Shown here piece after piece: positions 27,600-38,105 of a stretch of 64,000 bases of DNA. A model generated the notes under the pieces. That model had not been told where the DNA came from. It searched no databases and saw only the letters and a list, made by a program, of their open reading frames with translations. Every line of letters starts with the position of its first letter. Position 1 is the stretch's first letter. The DNA is from Raillietiella orientalis. Lineage: Eukaryota. The stretch lies in assembly GCA_036172245.1 (NCBI GenBank), contig JAYWIR010000003.1, forward strand, positions 5,952,001-6,016,000, in the 5' to 3' direction. A program made the position numbers and the translations under genes.

Positions 27600-30500
27600 T
27601 ACGTTCGCCGCCATTTCGGAGCGGCCGATGGCAGCCGTTTGCCCGATCCGCGTGTCTTCCCGTGCGCGCAATGCGTGCCGCTTGGTGGCACAGTGCTACC
27701 AAGTATACGGATGTTTTCGCACCGTTACGACAAGCGGAAGGTTCGTGGTGCGCTCATCGGTCCCGATCAGCGCTCCGTCCGGAAGCGACAAGCTCGACAG
27801 AATGCAGGATCCGGTCTGGCAGCGCCGCCGATGACGTGAAGCTTTCCAGATGGTGGGAACGTCTTCGACGGTGGGTCAGTTCCCTCGGGGCGAATCCGCG
27901 CAGCCCCTCCGTCGCCTCCTCGGATGCCACCGGGACGCCGCGTCCGCCCGCGTGCTGCTTGCAGCACGGCCGGCGGGGAAGGCCGCGAGACGCTCCTGTA
28001 TCCATGCGACTTCGCCCGGCGATCCCATGACGACAAGCAGTCCCGGCTCGCAGCTCGGCCGGGTGCGGGCAGCGCTTTCCCGATGGCTGTTGGGACGCGT
28101 CCTTCAGCACGTTGCTGCGTACTCTCCGTGCGGTTGTCTTGGGCAGCAACAAACGGGCTCCTGCAGCGGAACGAGGAGGCTGGAGATGAGAAAGAATGGA
28201 CCGATTCGTCATGCTGGGGGAAGGGGGAGGAAGGACGGACGGAGAAAGGGAAAGAGGTGGCGACCGAATTTGCCGCTCCCGCGAGAGGTGAGAAGGCGAT
28301 CCCGGAAGACTGCGGACAGACCTGTAGCGTTTCCTCGCCCCAGCCGCCTGAATGGCTGTTGCCGTGACTCATCGCAAAAAGTGGACGGAGGTCAACAAAT
28401 ACCTTCAGATGCTTGCTCCCCGCGAGAAAGACGACAGCAGCAGGAGCAGTCCTCGGAGCGAAGAAGGTCTCGCGCTGCACCCGGGAGGAGAAAAAGGAGG
28501 AAGGGAAGAGGAGGACCTCGGGATCGGACGGGAGGGAGCGCTCCCGTTTCGTTCCTGTCTGTGCCCGAACGGGCAGACACGCGGGCGCGCGTCCCGCCAC
28601 TCAGAGAAGGGAAGCGGGGATGTGGTCGCGTGCGCAGGGGGAGGAACGCAGCACAGATGCTCCTTCCGGTGAAGCGGAGGGAGGGACCGCCTGACACCGC
28701 CCCACGGCGAGGCGCCAGCTCTCGCGAGCGCCTCCGCAGCCGGCGTCCCTCCCTGCAGGAAAGGGGAGGCGCTCCCGGAGATGGGTCGGGGATGCATCGG
28801 GGAAGGCGGAAGACGGCAGCAGCTGTGCCGCCGCTCGTTTCCGCTTCCGCGAGTCCTTCCGGAGAGAACGAGGGTGGGCGGGACGGCAGAGAGAAGTTCC
28901 TTGGCACGCACGGCGGGGAACGCGCGCGGAAACGCCGTGGTGATCCCTGGCTCCGCACGCATCCTCCGCGCGGTGTGCCGCGCGTGACGCGACGCTCCGC
29001 ACTATGACGCATGCGCCGCCACGCGTTGCGCTCTCCCTCCGGCAGCTGTGCCTCCGATGTCGCACCCATTCGTGGCAGGAGATTCCCTTCGGACATACCA
29101 AGCCCGCAGCGCTCCGGCCGCCTCCTCCCTGGGGTGAGAGTGGAGAGAGGGAGGAGGGCATAGGCGACGTGAGCAGCGCCGGCGCAGCTCCCATCCTTCG
29201 AGAGATGAGGCTGGATGCGGAACGGAAGTTCCCCAGCTTTGGGAAAGGGAAGTGCGTGCGGCCGTGCCGGGAACGGCTTCTGTTGTTCCCGTTGCCACGG
29301 TTACCCGATAAGCCTTGGGGAGCATCCGGTCGGCTCGACCTCTCGTCCCTTCCCGACACTTGGGTGTGCCAAGGACATCCCGGAGCGCGCGGAGGAGGAA
29401 GGAGCGGGACCGATGAGGAGGGGAAGGAAAAAAACAGAAGTGCTTCCCGAGCTTCAAGGGAGGGCACGCTGCGTGCTGTGACACCGTTCACAAGGCAACC
29501 CCGCGACGGTCTCGCTCCCACCGGGGAGCAGCATGGAACTCTCAAGGGAGAAGAAAGGAACGGCAAGAAGTGGGCAGGGGGGGGACTTCCATGGTCTATC
29601 CGAGAAGAGGGAGGTCGGGGAAGAGGAAGGGAGCAACGCTCCTCCTCCTCTCCTCTTACCTTTCCGGGAGGACGGGATGGAGGCTCCCGTCCGGATGTGC
29701 GGGAGATCGTCCCCCACCCACCCGCTCCTCATCTCGGCGGCGGGACTTCGCAGGCAGCAAGACTCCCCTCCCTCGCTCCTTTGCGGTCCCAAAGGGCAGC
29801 AACTCTTCCCCGGGACTCTCCTTCGCATGACCCTCAGGAGTGGCTCGGGGAAGGGGGGGCGCCGCCGCCACTCGGAGCGCCGTTGCTGCGTGAGGTGAGA
29901 GCGGTCAAGGGGTGGCGTTCTGGGTGCAGTCCTCACTTTCTCGCGGCCTCCCTCGTCCTCCTCCCGCCCGCGCGCAGCTTCTGCTCTTCCCGTTGGCTCG
30001 GGAGCCGAGAGCAGGCGCGAGTCCCGGCGCAGCGATCTTTTCGCTCCTCTCCCTGGCAACTCGGTCTCCTCCTCAGGGAAGCCGCAGAGATCCTCCCTCC
30101 CCCCTGACGAGGGTCCAGCGGGTCCTCCTCCGGAGACTGCGCTCGCACGTCCTGCCTCGGGGAGGGGAGGAGGGGAGTCCTGTCTTCCCTTCGGCAACCG
30201 CTGCCGCCGCGGACGAGGAGGGGATGCGCTCGCGGCCCTCCCTGCGTGTGAGGAAGGGGTCCGTGGAAGAAAGAAAAGGGGATCCGAGACGTCTCCTCCT
30301 TCCCTCCAGCCCGGGACGAACCTGCGGGAACCCTCGGGGGGCTGCCTTCGAAAAGTGCGTCCCGCCTCCAGGAAGGGACGCTTCGGGAGAGGATTACACG
30401 GGAAGAGCGAAGCGAAGGAAGAGAGGGAGGTTAACGGACTCCAAGACCCCCTTGGTCCCCAGGGAAAGAGGGGACGGAAGAGGGAAGGAGGAGGGATGCT

Positions 30501-31950
30501 GGCCTCCCGAGCGAAGGCGGATGCGCGCGCATGCGCATGGCGTTCCAGTTCGTGGGAAGGGAAGCGAGCGGCGTGGATGCTGAAGGAAGCCACGCCTGGA
30601 GGAACCAGCATTGCCCTGGGAGGGGGGGGGGGGGAAGCGCCAACCTCTTCTCCTACTCCAGGGCAGCCGCTGCGCTAGCGGGGGACCATCCGCTGAAACC
30701 ACAGCAAGACGCAGAGCTCTCCTCCTGCTCTTCCTGCACACGCGCCCCAGAGGAACGAGAAATCCCGTCCTCCCGTCCCCGGAGGAGTGCTGAGAAAAGA
30801 CGGATCGACAGCCCCTTCTTTTCTTGCCCCCTTTAGTCCCTCTTGGACGGAGGGATCTCTGGATCACCTCACCCCACCTAACCGAAAGTGCCTCGAGTGG
30901 TACGAGGGAGGGGATTCCCATCCTCGCCGGGAGATCGCCGCGCCAAGGGAGGCTCGTGCTTTCCGGTGGACGATGCATTTCCAGAGACCTCCTCTCTCCT
31001 TCTTCAGCGACTTCCGGGTCGTCCCGTCTCAGGAAGGAGAGGAAGGGGAGGAAGCAGCGCCCTCTGGCTCTTCTTCCGGCCGGAGGCGCAGCCGGTGGAC
31101 CGGAAAGAGCGGAGGCGTCCTTTCCTCATCCCTAACTCGACGGATAGTTGAAGAGGATGGAGGGAGGCGGAAGAAATGGAAGTGGGTGCTCCCACTTCCA
31201 TTTCTTCCGCCCGAGCGAAGGAGAAAGACACCCCGGGTCGAAGGGTTCCTGGTTCTAACCAGAACTCCCCTTCCCTCTCTGAGCTTCCTGCTGCCGTCCT
31301 CTTCCATAGGAGTGCCCTATCTGGGGCTCTCCCACAGGAGGCGGGGGGACGGGGGAAGAAACGAACGGAAGAATAGGAAGGGAGAAACTTGGCTCGGCCT
31401 TCGCGAAGCAACGAACGCGAGCGGAGGTCACCCCTCGTTCCTCCCCGCCTTTCCCCGCCCCTTCCTCTCGGAATTCTCGAGCTGGGATCCAGGTCACCTA
31501 TCACTCCAGGGATTTATTTCTCTCTCTCTCTCCCTCTCGCGCTCTTCCTTCTCGCCGTGACAGAAAAACGCCCTGTCCCGTCAGGTCTCGCCCAGACGGC
31601 ATCCCCGCACCCGATCGAATCCGTGACCAGCTGCTGCAGGTTTCCGCGGCAACAGGGGGCGGGGGGGGGAGTGATGCTTCCGCGCGGAAGCAGCGGCGAA
31701 AGGATGCAGCTTCCGCCTGCTCTCGGGAAGGGATGCGAAGGGAGCAGCGTGCGTTTTCCTCCTCGAGTCGAAGAGCTTGGGAGATGTGCGCTCGAAAGGG
31801 TAGACTCCGGGAAGGACTGTCCTTCTCGGAGGAACCCTCCTCCGCCGACACTTTTCTGCCATTCCACGCATCCGTGTTTCGGCGGCGGTCTCCGCGAGCA
31901 GAGAGCCAGACCAAGTTCCTGCACCTCACGCTCCTTCTGACTACCTCGTG
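27600..31950 (+). mobile_element. Highly degenerate, GC-enriched NeSL-like retrotransposon (N-terminal zinc fingers to RT core)
   Basis: Ordered remnants: FPCAQC (27657), YPCDFARRSHDDKQ (~C2H2, 28000), PEE..LRK..STAP and DHLT (30780-30875), RVVP, KKWK (~NWR), WLGL...NASG.HP (31390-31435), PI....RQQG (31610-31655) and LSFSEE (~LAFADD, 31818). Confidence 0.55.
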
Positions 31951-32043
31951 ACCTAAAAGTGAAGCCAACAGCATTTCACCTTCGACAGCGGTCGGGTCAA
32001 ATCACCAGGGAAAAAAAAAACTGTCGCTTCTTTGATGAGGTCC

Positions 32044-32091
32044 GCCGTAATCAGCACCCGGGACAACGTTGACCCGGGTGCTGATTACGGC
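32044..32091. repeat. 48-bp near-perfect palindrome
   Basis: GCCGTAATCAGCACCCGGG-A-CAACGTTG-A-CCCGGGTGCTGATTACGGC, with a single A/A mismatch. Confidence 0.95.
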
Positions 32092-32099
32092 AATTGGTG

Positions 32100-33400
32100 C
32101 CATTTTGTGACAGAACTCCACCTTGTTATGTGATCTCCAGTCTTCTAGGAGCTCCCTGACTTCTTTCGCTTAGGTCCCTTCTTCCTAGAAACTCTGTCCA
32201 GAACGGTCACAGTGTATTTCCAATGGGGATTTTGGGTTACTTCACATCCTAAAGGTGAATCTCCTATCAAGACAAGTAAGAAGTTCCTCAATGAATTTCT
32301 CATGGTGTCGGAACCTTTGATCACAACCAGTGAAGGGTCTCTTTTCCTGGTTGCTCTATTTTTCCCTCGTTCAACAACGATCTCGTCAGGGGAATTTCCA
32401 CTTCCAGACTTTCGAACTCATGCCCAGGGCCACAAATGCTTCATCCTTGACTGCGAGTTTGCTCTTCCCTACTTCGTGGAGACCAATCGCTGCTTGTCTC
32501 AAGAACACAGGATCTTTACGACACAACTGCCTCGATAACTGAAATCAACAGTGCTAGCAACTCGAAGAAGGGTTCACTGAAATGGTGGTCTTCTTTCCAA
32601 ATTCAGATCGATTATTTCATCTCTTACTTCAAAGTCAGTTCTGAAGTACACAAAAACAGCAGTTACCTCGGGAAGTTTTCTAATAATCACATTCCCGCTG
32701 CTCAGGAACCAGTGCCATAAATGTTTGGGAAGTTTTGAACAACAAGTGTTCTCAACTTGTGCTAATGGCTATAAGAAATAGTTCTTGTGAGATAGAAAAT
32801 GATTTCAGTGAAGGATGTAATGCTCTTATGCGTCCTGCAGCTGGATGTGCTGTATCCTCATGTTTGCATTTTTAAGCAAGATTGACAACATACCATACTT
32901 ATTATCGAAAGGACTTTACACACAATAACGAAACGGTGCAGTGCCTTTTCATCACTGGTGATCGGCAGTTCATCAGCGCATTTTTCTTGTCAAAAAGACA
33001 AAAGTATTTTGTTTTTATCTCTGGGGCCAATGTTGCCAGTTCACTGAAATCATGTGCCGTTCTTCGGGAAATCAAACACTCAGATCGTTCCCCATGTTGA
33101 TGTTATAGGCTCTCTTCTCGTTGATTACAATGGTAACAAAAGTATCCTTGATTAAAGTCTCATAGTTGAATAATTCGTGATACTTTTCTTAGATGGACGG
33201 CATTAGTCTTTCCTATCTTTAGATCTTCACTCTCAGAAATGCGAATCTGAATAATTTTCAAGATAATCCTGCAAACAGCAACTTCCTAGAAATGAGGATT
33301 AGATGCAAATTCCGAGGAAACTTGTCTACAAAATCAAGCCCAGACCGAATACCAAAAGCAGGAGACTCGTATCTTCTCACGTGTTTACAGAACTTGGCAG
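32100..33400 (-). mobile_element. Degenerate 3' part of NeSL-like retrotransposon
   Basis: Frameshifted minus-strand remnants ICG..ESL (~32410-32440), VVER (~32370), EVT..P (~32235) and a G.LG.W-like segment (~32145). Confidence 0.4.
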
Positions 33401-34635
33401 GGAGTCGCTGGTAAACAAATTCAATCCAAAATGGCTGGAAATCGAATCCACAAAAATTTTGAAAATTTGAAATATGATCTGGTTTGCAGGCAACTACAAA
33501 TACACATGGAAGAATATAAGATGCAGTACGGATAAATTCGAAATTTCGTTTTCCCAAAAACGTGCAGCAACTTTTCTGCGGAGTACAAACAGCAAGAGCG
33601 TATCTTCCACGCGCAGTGAAACGCACGCAATTGCTTGCCGCAGGGTTGCACTGCGGTCACTCGCCTTCACAGACCGCAAAGCGTGAGAATTTTTCATGAA
33701 GAACTTTGTTCGCCGCAGCTGTTTGAAAAAATTTCATAAGGATACTCGGGCGAGCAAAACAAAAGAAAAAGGAACAAGCTGACTAGCCGAGTGTCATTTT
33801 ACATCCTGACTCATCGGAATATAAGATTTCCTTTCATAGCATTCAACTAACAACAACTCCCGGATACAGAAGCTGTAGCCTTTTTAAGAAAGTTGATTCC
33901 TTGGAATCTAAAGGTCTCCTTTGCAGAGTTCTAGGATCTTGGATTAAATCAGTTCGTTCTCTATGACAAAAGGGAGCAAAATTTCATTTTATTCGACTTG
34001 AAAAAAACCATGATAGCAAGTTTTTTCATAATAGCACGTTTCAAACACCTATCGCCAAAAATGATCTGTTTTCATCCCGTCAGTTCTCTCATTGCTATAC
34101 CAGCGAGTAATGGACTTAGCTTCCTACAACTGCAGCACGGAGCTTTCTTAAATGAAAAGCAAAGCTTCAACAACTTTTGTACGAAAATCGCACGCCTGTA
34201 CCATGGCATTCCAGTTGTAGATAACCAGTTCAACGCTTGCTTTGCTGGTTGCTCGGTTTTATGTTTACCGTCGCATCATCAGAATGATCCTCTGAAAAGT
34301 TTCTAAGCCGAAGAAATCTTTGCTTACTGTCAAATCAAATTCCTTAAAATTGCATTAATCTAAAATCCCTTGAGATAACATTCTCTGATTAGTCTTAGAA
34401 ATCTTTTGATCTTCGCAAACCTAATGAACACCTCAAAGACAAAGTTTTTATTTAGTTTTCTCCACAACGCTAATTTTAAACTTTGTCACCATAAAACAAT
34501 CCCAAACAAAGTCTGCGGATTAGATTGCATGCCAGGATGTTATGTGTTTTTAAAATGCAGTCTGTGCCAAGCAGACCATCTTCCACTTGTCAAACCCTGT
34601 TTTATGAAGTGTGAGAAATTTTGAGCTCACTAGAG

Positions 34636-34641
34636 TTTATT
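34636..34641 (-). terminator. Putative polyadenylation signal of PSMA2 (a second AATAAA overlaps the stop at 35044-35049)
   Basis: TTTATT on +, close to the end of the CpG-depleted zone. Confidence 0.4.
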
Positions 34642-34681
34642 TTCGACATGCTGTTGCTACAAGGAAATTATGGAATTGGGT

Positions 34682-34719
34682 CTCAGTGTTGTCAATATTA
34701 ACATATTGATAACACTGAG
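34682..34719. repeat. Inverted repeat, 17-bp arms, 4-nt loop
   Basis: CTCAGTGTTGTCAATAT-TAAC-ATATTGATAACACTGAG, with one G.T pair. Confidence 0.9.
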
Positions 34720-35047
34720 GGCAAATACAGGTCTAACTAACCCAGCAATTTGATTTGTTTACTTTTTAACTATCACAATAACTCTAGATAGCATATTTCT
34801 GTTCCAGGCATGGACAGCCAACGAATCACTGCTTTCTTCAGAATACTTCTTACCAATCATAGTTTCTTTAATAGTATAATAGCCTATGTCAACACCAGAG
34901 GGCAAAAAGATATGCTTCAGATATTTGAAAAATCCATACAGGCACCGACAAAGATCAGTGTTCACACTTTAATGTGCACTGTAAATTCTTCATTTTAACC
35001 ACTGATTGTAAAGTAAAACTAAAGTTTCATTTGGAGCATGATTTTTA

Positions 35048-36303
35048 TTAGAAAATATTTGCTAAATAATCTTTTACTTCAGTAACAGGAAGTAGCTTGA
35101 ATCCCATTTCATTGCAAATGCCGATTTCAATGTTATCTGCATTCATTTGACCTTCAAAACTCTCTTTGAGTGTTAAAATGGCAGTATGAACTGCATCATC
35201 CAATTCTAAGTCCTCACTATACCTATCACACAAATTAAACTGCTATGGTGTTTTATGCAATTACCTCTTTTCCAAAAACGTTTTTCCATTCACAGAATTT
35301 TTCCCCATAGCAGTTGCTTTCCATGCAAAATAAGCACCAGAAGGGTCACATTGGAACAGATATGGTCTGTCACTGTCATGACCAGCTATGAGTAAGGATA
35401 CTCCAAAAGGCCGCACACCTCTTTGGGCAAAAACTTGATTCATGAATCACCAATACATGGATCTTACCCAGATTGTGTGTACTCCTGTATCACCATCGCA
35501 ATTTTATGTACTAATTGTGGTGTTGGCATAGGCTCCAAATATGTAAGCTGATACTGTTGGGCTAGCTTGCGTGCTTTTTTAACTAGTACCCGGAAATCAG
35601 GGCCCATTCCTTTACATGAGTAACAATCATTACTATATAGCTATAAATAAGCATACCGCTATATACCATGCCAATATGATTGGCAATCTTTTCCACTTTG
35701 TGAATGCTGTTTTCTTTTTGCAAAATGCTTCTATGTTTCTTTTCGGTTGCTAAAACAACTCCATTTGACACTATGGTGAACTTGGAATTTGAATCAAAAT
35801 TATTGGCTGTCTACCTTTGATTCCAACTGATGGAGCTCCAGCAGCCACAGCAGCAAGAGCATATTCAATCTGAACTAATTTTCCCGAGGGGCTACAATAA
35901 ATTCCTTGTAAGTTTTTGACCAAATCAAACTCTAAATTCAATTACTTAAATTACTGTTTTGCAATCACACAATGAAAAGGAGAACGAAATAATATAAAGG
36001 ATCCCATACTGGCATCACATGAACATGTGTACACATCCACAGATGACTCACTACAGCATGTATCATTAAGGAAATGTGTGTTAAAGATTATTTTTACTTG
36101 GTAGATTGGAATGACTCTCGGGTATTAATAAGATGATCATTTATTATACAGGTAAATTGGAACCATGTGATACAGTACTTTAAAGGAATGAGCTTTATCT
36201 TGTATTTACAAACTCGCATTGCAAACTCAGCAGCTTTCGCACATTAAGCATCACAAACATACCTGAATGTAGTCAAAGAAAAACTGTAACGCTCCGAGTT
36301 CAT
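35048..36303 (-). CDS. PSMA2: 20S proteasome subunit alpha type-2; exons 36263-36303, 35815-35891, 35657-35770, 35468-35609, 35265-35420, 35048-35222 (705 nt, 234 aa)
   Basis: [51 protein letters not shown]...[15 protein letters not shown]...[15 protein letters not shown]...[27 protein letters not shown]. Five GT..AG introns (371, 44, 47, 47, 42 nt) give one uninterrupted 235-codon frame of the expected length. Confidence 0.97.
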
Positions 36304-38037
36304 GATGATCCTGATTTTGTATAATACTTCCCTATTCACATATAGACTGAAAATCAGTTTCGTACTCGACAGAATTACTGCTGTCAATTCAGTAACTCCC
36401 CAGTGAGTGCATGCGTACCAACTGCATCGCGAAAAAATAACCATTCACACACCAATTCTTTAGAAAAGTTTTGAAATTCATCCCAATTTCGGATCATCCC
36501 AATTTCCTAATTTTATCTGTCCATTAGGTTTTGCATAAGATCTGAATAAACATGCTCCCAAAATTTGAGAAATCATATTCTAATAAAAGTCTAAAAACTA
36601 AAAAATAGACATATGCATTGGCACGCACACGAAACAAAAGCAAGATGCAAAAACACGTTATTGGCAAATTCTAGAAAGCTATTTGAAAATAAATATGGAA
36701 ACCTTGTGTGAATTAATATCGATTTTATATCAGTATTGTTATTACGGACATTAAAAAAAATGGTTTTCTGAGTTGAAAACAATGGACATTCCTTGCCATT
36801 GCATTTTTTCTCTCAAGAGATGGGTGATCAAAAGCCTAGCCAGGAGCCAGCGGAAGTATACAAAAGAAATGACAAAGCAATCTCTTTAATTCCCAGAGTT
36901 GTTTTTGCAAGTTCGAATTGGTAGGAAATACTTAATAATGCAGATTAAAAAATTCCTATTGCCATTTACAGTGGTAGGTTCTGAAACAGATTTACATCTC
37001 TAAGACTCGCTATATGTTACAATGTAAGAGCTATTTTTCTGCGACAACAATTATCAATCAGAAGTAGCTCTTGCATATTCAGCTTTTCATGTCACTGTGA
37101 ATTTCATATCACTTTGTGTTTGTTCTCTAAATTTGTATTTGTTTTCTTGACTGTTCACTGAACCATAGATTTACTTGTTTCATTCACACATCTAAAAACA
37201 TTGGAAAACTTTATAATTCATTCATAAAGCTTCAATGCTACGCAGATTCCTTGCACATCCAGCCAATTATTTTTCAGAAACTTTAGAAAAAAACTGACAT
37301 TTACTAGGTGGATAACAAAAGCCTTAGGGGTTTTTTCACTAAGTCTAGTTAGGATTTCAGAATGAATTCTTCTAGGATTCTGTCATATTTAGAGGTGACA
37401 GAAATTGAATACAATATCTGCATATTTCAAATATCATGAGCACGATGATAATATAATCCAAGACACCTCAATGTGAAAGGTTTTAGAGAGGATAGAGGAA
37501 AGCCATCCTAAAAAATTGAGGGAGTTGATTCTGAGATAGAGATGTATATCGGTTAATGAAAGTAATGCTCTTGAATTTCAGTAAAAGGAATTTTGGATCT
37601 TTTTCGGCAGTAATGCAATCTGCTTCAAACGGAAGCAGCATAGCAGTATTAAAAGTAAATGCAAGGATCAAGAATACAGATTACAAAGACATCGAATCTG
37701 TGCTAGTCTGAAAGTGTCTGAGAAGCTTGAAAATAAGATTGTGAAACTCAGAAACTTACGTAAAAAACTTTTTCTCACTTCCCTAAGGCCTTTAGACATA
37801 AAGCTTTTTCTTGTGAGGACACTAATGAAGCACAGGAAGTAGGGCTTTGAGAAAGGATCCGATGTGCTCATAATTATGTTGTTTCTACACGATTGCAGCA
37901 GCAGTTGCTAATCTTATAGCTACTTCAGCTATTTCAATAAGGAGACTTTGGTAATTACTCCAATACAAAACAAATAAATTGATGCTTTTGCTTCGTTTGT
38001 GCTAACCAGTAGAGGCAAGTTTAAGGATGTGTATCAG

Positions 38038-38105
38038 GTGATGATGGATCTCACTGATGCTTCATACTTGTTCCAGGCTAATTTTGATGATTGGTGAGGA
38101 ACTGA
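38038..38105 (+). ncRNA. Candidate box C/D snoRNA
   Basis: C box GTGATGA 38038-38044, D' CTGA 38054-38057, C' TGATGA 38085-38090 and D CTGA 38102-38105 in canonical order over 68 nt. Guides are short and the terminal stem is unclear. Confidence 0.4.

Noticed and set aside
27767..31560. Long overlapping ORFs (up to 385 aa) on both strands
   Set aside because: R/G/P/S-rich, no coherent domain, and expected from stop-codon scarcity at high GC; only scattered TE motif ghosts remain.
36478..36724. TCATCCCAATTTC direct repeat and DRE-like TATCGATT upstream of PSMA2
   Set aside because: Plausible promoter elements, but too short or imperfect to support.
37790..37960. Protein-like minus frame with in-frame TAG/TAA suggesting stop-codon reassignment
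   Set aside because: PSMA2 ends normally at TAA, neither real gene has internal stops, and no homology is recognisable.
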